From positions 8,062-72,061 of the forward strand of contig CAVQOI010000003.1 in NCBI GenBank assembly GCA_963714425.1: a stretch of DNA of 64,000 bases. Reading direction: 5' to 3'. The notes beneath the pieces were generated by a model, which did not search any database, was not told the DNA's origin, and saw only the letters and a list, made by a program, of their open reading frames with translations. Within the stretch, counting starts at the first letter, position 1. Every line of letters starts with the position of its first letter. This document shows positions 26,958-35,939 of this stretch, piece after piece. This DNA is from an uncultured Chloroflexia bacterium. GTDB lineage: Bacteria; Chloroflexota; Anaerolineae; Anaerolineales; UBA4823. Both the position numbers and the translations under genes were made by a program.

Positions 26958-28106
26958 ATGAAGAAGATCCTAACATCCCAACGGCTGGCAGATGCGCTCG
27001 TTTTAAGTCTGGGCATCGCTCTGGCGATCGCTGTTCGCCTGAGCTTGCGCCTGTTCCTATCCCAGGATTACCTGGGCGAACTCGGTGGGTGGTACGATAC
27101 GCTGCGCAATCAAGGCTTTGCTGCCATCGGTACGGATTTCTCCAATTACACCCCTGCCTACCTCTATCTGCTCTACCTGGTCTCGATCCTTGCTCCTACG
27201 GTCTATTCTTTCACCGCGGTCAAGATCCCACCCATGCTGTTCGATTTTATTACAGCCTGGTTTGTCTACCGCATAGTCGCTGTTCGCTTTAAGAACAGCC
27301 CCCTCCCCGTATTCGCCTTCTTCGCCGTGTTGTTCGCACCGACGATCATCTTGAACAGCTCTATGTGGGGGCAGTTCGAAAGCATTTACACCGCCATGCT
27401 CGTCGCCTGTATCTACTTCATCACTCAGCGGCGAGACACCGCAGCTTCCCTGGCGTTCGGCGTGGCAATCTCTATCAAGCTACAGGCGATCTTCCTGCTC
27501 CCCTTTCTCCTGGCGTTGGTTGTCAAGGGTCGTCTCTCCTGGAAAAGCCTGATCTGGATTCCGCTGGTGTTCCTGGTGAGCCTGGTCCCCGCCTGGATTG
27601 CCGGACGCCCCCTGGGAGAGCTTGCCACGATTTACCTCTTGCAAACCCAGCGCGATGCCAGCTTGACGATCAACGCCCCCAGCGTGTACGCCTGGCTGCC
27701 GGAAAAAGCATACGACTTGTTCTTGCCCGCTGGAATCATTTGGGCTGCTTGCCTGGTTTTCGGGTATATCTTCGTGATTTGGAAAAGCCGGGCGTCACTG
27801 CATGATGGCCTGCTCATCAAGCTAGGATTACTCTCGCTGATACTGGTTCCCTTTGTCCTCCCAAAAATGCACGAGCGCTATTTCTACCCGATGGATGTGC
27901 TCTCAATCGCGTACGCTTTTTTCTACCCCAGGCATTATTACGTGCCCATCGCCTTTAACCTGATCTCTTTTTTCACTTACCTGCCCTTCCTCTATATGTG
28001 GCGCGCCTTTACCATGCCCTATCTGGCGCTGGGCATGCTTGTCCTGCTGGTGTTGATTGCCCGCAGCGCGGTCTTGGAGCTGTATGCTCAGGGTGAGGGT
28101 GCTTGA
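26958..28106 (+). CDS. GT-C fold membrane glycosyl/mannosyltransferase-like protein
   Basis: 382 aa with about 10 TM segments. DFSNYTPAYLYLL and HERYFYP are reminiscent of Gpi18/DUF2029-type mannosyltransferases. Confidence 0.6.
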   Translation: MKKILTSQRLADALVLSLGIALAIAVRLSLRLFLSQDYLGELGGWYDTLRNQGFAAIGTDFSNYTPAYLYLLYLVSILAPTVYSFTAVKIPPMLFDFITAWFVYRIVAVRFKNSPLPVFAFFAVLFAPTIILNSSMWGQFESIYTAMLVACIYFITQRRDTAASLAFGVAISIKLQAIFLLPFLLALVVKGRLSWKSLIWIPLVFLVSLVPAWIAGRPLGELATIYLLQTQRDASLTINAPSVYAWLPEKAYDLFLPAGIIWAACLVFGYIFVIWKSRASLHDGLLIKLGLLSLILVPFVLPKMHERYFYPMDVLSIAYAFFYPRHYYVPIAFNLISFFTYLPFLYMWRAFTMPYLALGMLVLLVLIARSAVLELYAQGEGA

Positions 28107-28542
28107 CAGAAAATGGGGAGGTATTTCTCTGGCTGGTCGTTCTCTTATCGGTAAGCTGAAGCTCAAGCCCGGACAGAGGGCCGCCCTCGTGAACCAACCA
28201 CAGGGCTATCTGGAATCGCTCGGGCAATTGCCGGAAGGGGTGCAGCTCTCTCAGCAGTTGCAGGGGGTATTCGATTGGGTGCAGGTCTTCATCCGCACGA
28301 GGGTGGAGCTGGATGAAATCGCCCCTCGGTTGGTTGCCGCTCTCAAGCCAGAGAGCCTCTTGTGGATCTCCTTTCCCAAAGGCACATCCAAGATCCAAAC
28401 CGACCTGACCCGCGACCAGGGCTGGGAGAGCCTGGAGGGGGCTGGCTTGAAGTGGACCAACCTGGTCTCGATAGACGGCACCTGGTCGGCCTTCTCCCTG
28501 CGCCCTTACAAGCCCGGCGAAAAGCGCCAATCCTTCCGCTAG
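28084..28542 (+). CDS. DUF3052-like hypothetical protein
   Basis: LIGKLKLKPGQRAALVNQPQGY...LLWISFPKG pattern. The start is uncertain (ATG 28084 overlaps the upstream gene; no clean start after GGGGAGG at about 28115). Confidence 0.5.
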   Translation: MLRVRVLDRKWGGISLAGRSLIGKLKLKPGQRAALVNQPQGYLESLGQLPEGVQLSQQLQGVFDWVQVFIRTRVELDEIAPRLVAALKPESLLWISFPKGTSKIQTDLTRDQGWESLEGAGLKWTNLVSIDGTWSAFSLRPYKPGEKRQSFR

Positions 28543-28615
28543 TTTGCGGTTCCCTTTCTCTTCTGATAACCAATCACGATGTTGCTCCACGCAATAATGT
28601 GTTATATATCCACGC

Positions 28616-29560
28616 GTGAGAATTCGCGCCCTCGCTATTTCGTTTCTGCTGCTCTGGATCGCGCCCCTCTCAGCAACGGTCGCTGCAACTCGGAGTCAAG
28701 CAACCCCACACACAGCATTGGTTTTTGCGGTCACCGCCGATATGCGCCAGTTTGCCGGGCCGGGAACTTACGATAGCTCCCAGTATTTCCGAGGAGCTGT
28801 AGAAGCCATCGCCGCCCACGGTCCCGGCGCCTTCATGGTCAGCCCAGGCGATATTGACCCGCCAGCAAGCGTGCTGTGGACCATCACACAGACCCTGGGG
28901 AGCAGCTACACCTGGTATCCGGTGGCGGGCAACCACGAGACCGAGACCCCAGCCGATATGGACTGGCTGCGCCAGTACGATTATGGCCTGGTCAACCCGG
29001 GTCCGAGCGGGTGCCCGGAGACTACCTATTCCTACGACTTCGGGAATGCGCACTTTGTCATGTTAAACGAGTATTGTGATACAGCTGGCGATACAGTTAC
29101 AGATGGCGACATCCCGGATCACCTGTATAACTGGCTGGTTGCTGACCTGCAAGCCACGTCACAAATGCACGTTTTCGTATTCGGTCACGAGCCGGCTTTC
29201 CCCCAACCAGATGCAGACAATGGGCGGTTGCGCCACGAAACCGACAGCCTGAACGCCCATCCCATCAATCGCGATCGATTTTGGAATTTACTCACGGATC
29301 AGGGCGTGGTTGCTTATATCTGCGGGCACACGCACAATTACAGCCTGGCGCACATCGATGGCGTCTGGCAGCTGGATGTAGGCCATTCCAGAGGCCTCGG
29401 CGATACAGGAGCGCGCAGCACCTTTGTTTTGATCAATATCGATGGGAGGCGGGTCGCTTACCAGACCTACCGCGACGATGCCAGCGGTGGGGTCTATACC
29501 TTGACCCATGTCGGCAACCTGGCTAGAGAGCCAATCTACCTGCCGGTGGTTGCCGATTGA
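28616..29560 (+). CDS. secreted calcineurin-like metallophosphoesterase
   Basis: Signal peptide, then the GDID, GNHE and GHTHNY motifs. Confidence 0.75.
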   Translation: MRIRALAISFLLLWIAPLSATVAATRSQATPHTALVFAVTADMRQFAGPGTYDSSQYFRGAVEAIAAHGPGAFMVSPGDIDPPASVLWTITQTLGSSYTWYPVAGNHETETPADMDWLRQYDYGLVNPGPSGCPETTYSYDFGNAHFVMLNEYCDTAGDTVTDGDIPDHLYNWLVADLQATSQMHVFVFGHEPAFPQPDADNGRLRHETDSLNAHPINRDRFWNLLTDQGVVAYICGHTHNYSLAHIDGVWQLDVGHSRGLGDTGARSTFVLINIDGRRVAYQTYRDDASGGVYTLTHVGNLAREPIYLPVVAD

Positions 29561-29570
29561 CTGCTTCCAA

Positions 29571-30740
29571 TCAGCGGGCGGTTGAAGCCAGGATCCTGAG
29601 CAATTTGGGAACGAATCTGAACGGTACAGCCCCAGCAGTTGCTTGGTCTACGCTCCCGCACAGATACACATCCAGCTCCGGGCAGAAGAACAACCAAGTA
29701 CCAGTCGATCCGGTGTGACCGATCACGGCTGGAATCGAATATGGGAGCGTGAACGCCCGTGGCAGGCGGAAGCGCATCAACCCCAACCCATATTCAATTG
29801 GCCAGCCTGGGGAGCGCAGCGCAGCTGCATCCAGTGGAAACCCGAAGCGGTTCCAGCGCTGCTGCATCAAGCTGAGTGTTGTTGGGTAATCGAAAACCTC
29901 GGCCCGGGTGAGCGCACGCAAGAACGCCAGCAGGTCAGCGGCTGTGCTGTATAGATCACCAAACGATTGCATCGCCATGGGCAGGACGAGTGGTTGGCTT
30001 TCGACCCAGACGGTCGCCGGCTCGGACGTGGCCTCCAGCGGGGCTTGCCCTGGATGAAAAGTATGGCGCAGGTTCAACGGTCGGAATAACTGTTCGTCGA
30101 ATACCTGGTGCAGCGGTTTTTCGTGAAGCGTTTCGATGATGGCAATTAACAACTGGAAGTTGGTATCCGAATAACGCGTCTTATTGCCTTTCGCCTCGAG
30201 AGGTTGCGGTGGGAAATGGGGACTGAGCTGGTCGCGGATGATTTGAGTCACGTCCTCAATGCGCAATGCCCTGTCACCCCCACGAAAGAGTTGTTCAATC
30301 AAGCTCTCCCCACCCTTTGGGCGATCTTCAAGCCAATCCGCAAGTCCCGAGGTATGGCTTAGCAGGTGCTGGATGGTGATGGCGTTTGTGTAGTCGACTC
30401 CACCCATCCGGTGAATCCCGGAGATCAGTGACTGCGGGAGATACCTCGAAATCGGTTTGTCAAGATGGAGCAAGCCGCGCTCGTGCAGTTTCAGGATAAC
30501 GACAGCGATGTACAGCTTTGTCACACTGGCGATAAAGAAGGGGGTGTCTTCGTGCATTAGCGTGCCATCCGGGTTCGCCTCGCCCGCCGCGCCTATCCAG
30601 CGGAGCGACCTGTCGCCGCTCTCGACGGCAACAATCGCGTGCTTTACATGCTTTTGCGACAGGAGACTGTCTAGTTGAGCCTGTAACTGCTCGATTACAG
30701 CGCCCTTCCCAGCCGGCTTCTTCGCATCTTTTACTGGCAT
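29571..30740 (-). CDS. serine hydrolase, beta-lactamase/PBP4* (class C fold) family
   Basis: FFIASVTKLY contains the SxxK motif. 389 aa. Confidence 0.85.
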   Translation of the reverse strand: MPVKDAKKPAGKGAVIEQLQAQLDSLLSQKHVKHAIVAVESGDRSLRWIGAAGEANPDGTLMHEDTPFFIASVTKLYIAVVILKLHERGLLHLDKPISRYLPQSLISGIHRMGGVDYTNAITIQHLLSHTSGLADWLEDRPKGGESLIEQLFRGGDRALRIEDVTQIIRDQLSPHFPPQPLEAKGNKTRYSDTNFQLLIAIIETLHEKPLHQVFDEQLFRPLNLRHTFHPGQAPLEATSEPATVWVESQPLVLPMAMQSFGDLYSTAADLLAFLRALTRAEVFDYPTTLSLMQQRWNRFGFPLDAAALRSPGWPIEYGLGLMRFRLPRAFTLPYSIPAVIGHTGSTGTWLFFCPELDVYLCGSVDQATAGAVPFRFVPKLLRILASTAR

Positions 30741-31011
30741 GTGTGCCTCCTGTAGTGAGAGGTGTTTCTATCGCCTGCTTGGGCATATCCAATACTATAG
30801 CCCAATCTTGATTGTTCCCAAAACCCTGAACCGATGCTCACAACGGTACGCTTATTTTACAATAGGAATTCGACCTTGATCATGAGGATGTAGATTTCCT
30901 TACTTTTCTCTATACAAAATCTACCTAAACCTACATTGAAATCCCTGGCAAATTCTGATACATTCGAGCATAATTGCTAAACACCCAATTCTGCCTGCCC
31001 TGGGATCGTTC

Positions 31012-32313
31012 ATGTTAATTAAGCGTCTACAGCTGGGCCTCATCCACGTCGCAGTCGCGATGACCCTGGTCCCAATCAACAGCACCCTCAACCGGGTGAT
31101 GATCAAGGAGCTGGCGATCTCGGCTACGCTGGTAGCTGCGCTTGCCTCGCTTCCTTATTTGTTCTCACCCATCCAGGTTGCCATCGGTTCTTTCTCTGAC
31201 CGCCACCCCTTATTCGGCTTGCGACGCAGCCCCTACATCGTTTTGGGGCTTCTGCTGTGTGTTCTGGGAGTTGTGTTAGCGCCTCTGGCTGCGTTCCAGC
31301 TGGCGGAAAATTTCTGGGCGGGATTGGGCATGGGGCTGCTGACTTTCGGCGCATGGGGCATGGGTTTCAATTTCACCACGGTCTCTTATCTATCTCTGGC
31401 TACCGAGCTGTCGGGAGTGGATGGGCGCGGCAAGACCATCGCAGTGATGTGGTTCATGATGATTGCCAGCATTATCGCCACTTCGATCGCCCTGAGCCAG
31501 ATGATCGATCCGTACACGCCGCAGGCATTGGAGCAGGCGTTCTGGATCGTGGGTCTGGCCGCCCTCTTCCTGGGACTTCTCGGTTTGCTGGGATTGGAGC
31601 GGCGGGACGAACGCCCGGCGGACGCCTCCGAAGGATATTCCTGGAGCGTGCTGCTCAGAGGCATTCTGGAGAACCGGCAGGTAGCGCTATTCTTCTGGTA
31701 TCTCACCATCCTTCTGGCGGCAATTCTGGGTCAAGATATCCTGCTGGAGCCATTTGGTGGCGAAGCTTTTGGGCTCTCGGTACAGGAGACGACGCGCATT
31801 ACTTCGCTGTGGGGTGGCTGTGTGCTGGTGGCGTTGCTCCTGGCGGGAGTGATGGAAACGCGCATGGGCAAACGCAGCGTAGCGCGTTGGGGCGCCTGGT
31901 GTGCGCTGCTGGGATTCCTCTTGATTGTGGCAAGTGGTATCACGTTGTCGCTAAGTGTTTTCTACCTGGGCGTGGTTTTCCTTGGCGTGGGCACCGGGCT
32001 GTCCACCGTAGCCAATCTATCCCTCATGCTGGATATGACCACCGCCGAGAATGTAGGCTTGTTTATGGGCGCCTGGGGCATGGCGAACGCCGCATCACGC
32101 ATGGCAGGCACCGTCCTGGGAGGTGCAGTGCGGGATGTGATTACCCATCTCTCTGGGTTACCGCTTGTGGGATATGTCACCGTGTTCGCCATTGAGGCCG
32201 CCCTGCTGGGCGGATCGCTGCTGTTGCTGCGTCGCATCGACGTGAGCGCTTTCCAGCGTAAGGCAGAGGCGGTTTCGCTGGCAGAGCGCGCAGCCATGGC
32301 CGGAGATGCGTGA
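31012..32313 (+). CDS. BCD-family MFS transporter (PucC/LhaA-like)
   Basis: LQLGLIHVAVAMTLVPINSTLNRVMIKEL..LPYLFSPIQVAIGSFSDR resembles the PUCC family N-terminus. About 12 TM segments. Confidence 0.75.
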   Translation: MLIKRLQLGLIHVAVAMTLVPINSTLNRVMIKELAISATLVAALASLPYLFSPIQVAIGSFSDRHPLFGLRRSPYIVLGLLLCVLGVVLAPLAAFQLAENFWAGLGMGLLTFGAWGMGFNFTTVSYLSLATELSGVDGRGKTIAVMWFMMIASIIATSIALSQMIDPYTPQALEQAFWIVGLAALFLGLLGLLGLERRDERPADASEGYSWSVLLRGILENRQVALFFWYLTILLAAILGQDILLEPFGGEAFGLSVQETTRITSLWGGCVLVALLLAGVMETRMGKRSVARWGAWCALLGFLLIVASGITLSLSVFYLGVVFLGVGTGLSTVANLSLMLDMTTAENVGLFMGAWGMANAASRMAGTVLGGAVRDVITHLSGLPLVGYVTVFAIEAALLGGSLLLLRRIDVSAFQRKAEAVSLAERAAMAGDA

Positions 32314-32941
32314 ACGAATGAAACAGTGGCTGAGTCTCAGTGATGTTGCCGAGCTGCTTGGCATTCACCCCAGCACGGTGCGGGTGTGGTCGGATAAGGG
32401 CACCTTACCGGTGCACCGCACACAGGGCGGTCACCGCCGCTACCTGCGCAGCGAGTTGGAGCTGTGGGTGCAATCGCAACGCAGCGACGGTGCCAGCGAG
32501 GCGCACCTGGTGGTGCAGAACGCCCTGAAGAATACGCGCTTCCAGATCAGCGAAGGGCGATTGCAAGCGGAGGCCTGGTACCAAAAGCTGGATGAAGAAG
32601 CCCGCGCTCAGTATCGCCGGAGCGGGCGCCAGCTGCTCGAAGGGTTGTTCAACTTCATGGCTTCACACGGCAAAGAGGCTGCAGCTGAGGGAAGATCGCT
32701 GGGGTATGAGTACGCCTCACGCGGGCGGCGCTACGGGCTGAGCACTGCCGAGGCCATGCACGCTTTCCTGTTCTTCCGCAACTTGCTGATGGATTCAATG
32801 CTCACCGTTTACGAGGCTGCTGCTGTGCAGTCGCCAGCTGCCTGGAGCGATATGTTCCGTAAGATAAACCAGTTCACCGACCAGATCCTTGTGACGCTCC
32901 TGGAGACTTACGAAGCTTACGAGCGAGGCAACCACCGGTAA
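32306..32941 (+). CDS. MerR/excisionase-type HTH transcriptional regulator with an all-helical C-terminal domain
   Basis: LSLSDVAELLGIHPSTVRVWSDKGTLPVHRTQGGHRRY is an HTH_17-type motif. It overlaps the upstream gene by 8 nt. Confidence 0.7.
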   Translation: MRERMKQWLSLSDVAELLGIHPSTVRVWSDKGTLPVHRTQGGHRRYLRSELELWVQSQRSDGASEAHLVVQNALKNTRFQISEGRLQAEAWYQKLDEEARAQYRRSGRQLLEGLFNFMASHGKEAAAEGRSLGYEYASRGRRYGLSTAEAMHAFLFFRNLLMDSMLTVYEAAAVQSPAAWSDMFRKINQFTDQILVTLLETYEAYERGNHR

Positions 32942-33087
32942 TGGCTGGCAAGCGCCCCAGCAAGCGTTTCCTCCCCACTGCCTGGATGGAGCGCCTGGTG
33001 CCGATCATGCTGGTGTTCTTGCTGCTGGCATTATTGGCGACGATCCTGGTGGTCGTCTTTTCGGTGTTGGGTTGGATACCTGTTTAA
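32941..33087 (+). CDS. 48-aa single-TM micro-protein (below the ORF-track cutoff)
   Basis: Hand translation gives MAGKRPSKRFLPTAWMERLVPIMLVFLLLALLATILVVVFSVLGWIPV. The TAATG overlap with the regulator stop suggests translational coupling. Confidence 0.45.
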   Translation: MAGKRPSKRFLPTAWMERLVPIMLVFLLLALLATILVVVFSVLGWIPV

Positions 33088-33110
33088 TGCCCCCACTCCT
33101 TAGACAATTT

Positions 33111-33175
33111 TCCCCCTTCCCTTTAGGGAAGTGGGGATCTAAGCCTGCCAAAGGCAGGAAGGGCGGATGGATGAG
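33111..33175. repeat. GC-rich hairpin repeat family member
   Basis: tcccccttccctttagggaagtgggga..aagcctgccaaaggcaggaagggcggatggatgag. Confidence 0.7.
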
Positions 33176-33256
33176 CGTAAATATACTGAATAACTTTCCC
33201 CGAACCTCGTTGCGAAGCTAGGAGTCTGGCAAAAGCTCAGCTAAAAGGAGTCATCC

Positions 33257-33982
33257 ATGCACTACATCCCTCTCTTTTCCACCCTGGTCACTTTTATTTT
33301 TGTTGTTGCGGTGTTGAACCGCTACCGCTACAAGCATGGGCAGCATCTGTTGTTGTGGGGCATCGGACTGGTCTTCTACGGCTTTGGCACGCTCTCGGAG
33401 GTGATCCTGGGCTTCACCTTTAGCGCATGGGTGCTGAAGCTGTGGTATTTGAGCGGCGCCATGCTCACCGCCGCCTGGCTCGGGCAGGGGACCATCTTCC
33501 TGCTGGTGCGCCGCAGAGGGGTGGCGATGGGGTCGGCGATTGGGCTGGCTCTGATCTCGCTGGTCTCCTTGGTCTTGATTGTGGCGGCGCCTCTGACTAC
33601 TGCCGCGGCGGCTTACGACGTCAGCCAGCCCATATCCATCCAATACAAGGACGTTCTCACACGTGGCGGGGGGATCATCTTCCTGACTATCCTCCTGAAC
33701 CTCTACGGCACTCTCGGTCTGGTGGGCGGGGCGCTGTACTCAGCCTACCTGTTCTGGCGCAAGCGCGTCCTGGCAGACCGCATGCTGGGCAATATCCTCA
33801 TCGCCGCCGGGGCGCTGATGCCCGCCATGGCTGGCTCGTTCCTGCAGGCTGGTTTAGCCGACTGGCTGTACGCCAGCGAGCTGCTGGGGGTGATCCTGAT
33901 GTACCTGGGCTTCTTGCGCGCCACCGCCGTCGCCGCTCGTCGGGCAGGAGGCTGCGGCGGTCGCCAGGTAGGAATTTTGTAA
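33257..33982 (+). CDS. hypothetical polytopic membrane protein; the 3' end lies inside direct repeat A
   Basis: 241 aa with about 7 TM segments. The last ~30 codons are duplicated at 35682-35796. Confidence 0.6.
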   Translation: MHYIPLFSTLVTFIFVVAVLNRYRYKHGQHLLLWGIGLVFYGFGTLSEVILGFTFSAWVLKLWYLSGAMLTAAWLGQGTIFLLVRRRGVAMGSAIGLALISLVSLVLIVAAPLTTAAAAYDVSQPISIQYKDVLTRGGGIIFLTILLNLYGTLGLVGGALYSAYLFWRKRVLADRMLGNILIAAGALMPAMAGSFLQAGLADWLYASELLGVILMYLGFLRATAVAARRAGGCGGRQVGIL

Positions 33983-34011
33983 CGCGAAGGCACAGAAGAG
34001 CGAATACCGCC
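33894..34011 (+). repeat. direct repeat A (~118 nt) flanking the RAYT insertion
   Basis: By hand alignment with 35682-35796, the first ~75 nt differ only by a 2-nt indel and one substitution. The remainder is more diverged. Confidence 0.8.
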
Positions 34012-34264
34012 AAATGTTATTTAGAAGCCATTCGCGGCATTCGCGTTGAAAGAAGTTTTTTTCTCAGGAAATTCAGAATCGGGGTTAGTTAGCTCTCACC
34101 AATTTCCCGGCAGAGATGACAATTGGCACTTGAACCGAGGGGTTGGTTTTGCTATGATGTATGGAGCATTCCATGCTGGTTGGGTAGAGCACCGCCTCCA
34201 AACCACGAAGCCCCGGTAGGTTGGGTTGAGCTCCGCTTTACCCAACGATTGAGCGAAGCACATA

Positions 34265-34414
34265 TATTCCAATCCTGTGCATCACGGATTGGTACAGCGG
34301 GTGGTTGAATGGCCATGGTCGAGTTTTCACAAGTACATCAAAAAGGGGTATTATGAGAATGGATGGGGAGAGGCGCTTGGGGAGGATGTGAGCAGGATGG
34401 GCTGCGGGGAGTGA
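34265..34414 (+). pseudogene. 3' fragment of a REP-associated tyrosine transposase (RAYT) gene
   Basis: Encodes NPVHHGLVQRVVEWPWSSFHKYIKKGYYENGWGEALGEDVSRMGCGE*. Highly similar at the nucleotide level to 35405-35549. No N-terminal part is present. Confidence 0.75.
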
Positions 34415-34419
34415 AGGTT

Positions 34420-34440
34420 GGTGTGGTCTGCGTCCACACC
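34420..34440. repeat. REP-like hairpin downstream of the RAYT fragment
   Basis: ggtgtgg tctgcgt ccacacc. Confidence 0.65.
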
Positions 34441-34616
34441 TTACGACTTATGATGAAGTGGTATTGAATATACCTAGTGAATTCAAATGGACCCTGATCC
34501 CAGCATTGTTATCAGTTTTTGAAAAACCATAACAAGCTTGATCAGTAAACGAATTTTTAGATGCGTTCGAATAGGAACATTAATGGATAGTAAGATTCGA
34601 ATGATTTGAATATTGT

Positions 34617-34946
34617 TTGCTATTTGACAATGGTGAAGGAGTTAGATGTCGAAATAATATGATGCGATCAATTGGCATATTAGCATGTTTCATAATTCTG
34701 CCATTTCTTTTTTACCTGCTTTTACGACATCCAAGAATCACTCAACGCGGTTTCGCCTTATGGGGGGCAGCAATTTTTGGATTGTTTTTTCTGGCTTTAG
34801 TACTTATTGCGGCTCCCCGCCCACCGCGTGACACAATTATCATCGGAGTGACCCTTTGTATTTCTAACTTCCTAATTGGGATTCCTATCACATATTTTAT
34901 GTATTCAATGATTCGCTCTCTCCGAGAGAAAATTCGTAAGTCGTAG
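34617..34946 (+). CDS. small membrane protein in an AT-rich segment (likely start MMRSIG at 34659)
   Basis: Three hydrophobic segments. Composition is clearly AT-richer than the surroundings. Followed by a GGTGCGG-tttta-CCGCACC hairpin at 34948-34968. Confidence 0.45.
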   Translation: MLFDNGEGVRCRNNMMRSIGILACFIILPFLFYLLLRHPRITQRGFALWGAAIFGLFFLALVLIAAPRPPRDTIIIGVTLCISNFLIGIPITYFMYSMIRSLREKIRKS

Positions 34947-34996
34947 GGTGCGGTTTTACCGCACCATCCTTTCATTATCCAATATAATTTCAAGAA

Positions 34997-35549
34997 ATGC
35001 CTGAATACCGTCGATTATTTATCTGAGGGCGGCACATACTTTTTCACCGTGGTTACCTACCACCGCCTGCCTATATTGACTTCTTCTCAAGCCAGAGCCC
35101 TGTTGCGCGCTGCCTGGCAGAATGTGCGCCAACGATTCCCTTGCAGCATCGATGCCGTTTGCCTGCTGCCTGATCACATCCATGCCATTTGGACACTGCC
35201 CGAGGAAGATGCGGATTATTCCAAACGCTGGGGAGAGATAAAAAGGCTGTTTACCAAAGGCTATTTAGATCAAATTGGACCTGGGGGAACTCGAAACCAA
35301 TCGCGCAGGCGGCGGGGCGAAGCTGCCATCTGGCAGCCACGATTTTGGGAGCACGCCATCCGGGGTGGGGCGGATCTGAACCGGCATCGAGATTACGTCC
35401 ATTACAACCCTGTGAAGCACGGATTGGTACGGAGGGTGGTTGAATGGCCATGGTCGAGTTTTCACAAGTACGTCAAGATGGGGTATTATGAGAATGGATG
35501 GGGAGAAGCGCTTGGGGAGGATGTGAGCAGGATGGGCTGTGGGGAGTGA
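34997..35549 (+). pseudogene. REP-associated tyrosine transposase (RAYT, IS200/IS605-like Y1), N-terminus frameshifted at about 35024
   Basis: MPEYRRLFI (ATG 34997) stops at TGA 35024. The +1 frame continues EGGTYFFTVVTYHRLPIL...LPDHIHAIWTLPE (HUH)...RFWEH..YVHYNPVKHGLV..WPWSSFH (catalytic Tyr region). Confidence 0.8.
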
Positions 35550-35554
35550 AGGTT

Positions 35555-35575
35555 GGTGTGGTCTGCGACCACACC
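35555..35575. repeat. REP-like hairpin downstream of RAYT
   Basis: ggtgtggtc tgc gaccacacc, a perfect 9-bp stem. Confidence 0.7.
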
Positions 35576-35681
35576 CTACGACTTAAGCTAAATGAGAGGT
35601 GGACCTGTGGCAAGAAATAAGCGCCTTTACATCTTGTTGCTGGGTTTGGTGTTAGTGGTCTTGTGTGGATTCTCCGTTTTT

Positions 35682-35796
35682 TCCTGATGTACCTGGGCTT
35701 CTTGCGCGCCACCGCCGTCCGCTCGTCGGGCAGGAGGTTGCGGCGGTCGCCAGGTAAAGATCTTGTAACACGAAGGCGCAGAACGCGAAAACCGCC
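35682..35796 (+). repeat. direct repeat B (partner of 33894-34011)
   Basis: See repeat A. The 2-nt deletion relative to A would frameshift the duplicated gene end. Confidence 0.8.
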
Positions 35797-35913
35797 TGCG
35801 CGTCGCGTGGACATGTGTCTCCTTTAAGCTTCCTGGCGAGAAGCCGTTAGCGGAAGAGTTCGGGGGTCTGTATGCAAAAAATCTGCCCCCTGCGCTGAGA
35901 TCGGATAAGCCCC

Positions 35914-35934
35914 CTACGCTATACGCTACACGCT
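35914..35934. repeat. tandem heptamer NNACGCT x3
   Basis: ctacgct atacgct acacgct. Same unit as 2836-2856. Confidence 0.7.
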
Positions 35935-35939
35935 ATATC

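Larger units (their letters stand above)
34012..35681 (+). mobile_element. inserted or duplicated segment carrying RAYT copies, REP-like hairpins and AT-rich cargo
   Basis: Bounded by direct repeats A and B. Contains a truncated and a full-length RAYT gene, each followed by the same GGTGTGG..CCACACC hairpin, and a visibly AT-rich ORF in a GC-rich genome. Confidence 0.65.

Noticed and set aside
31257-32195. 312-aa alternative-frame ORF within the PucC-like gene
   Set aside because: It is on the same strand but out of frame, and it is Gly/Arg/His-rich with no TM pattern. The 31012..32313 frame gives a coherent 12-TM protein.
33427-34092. 221-aa alternative-frame ORF over the membrane-protein gene
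   Set aside because: It has Arg/Gly/Pro-rich shadow-frame composition and no support.
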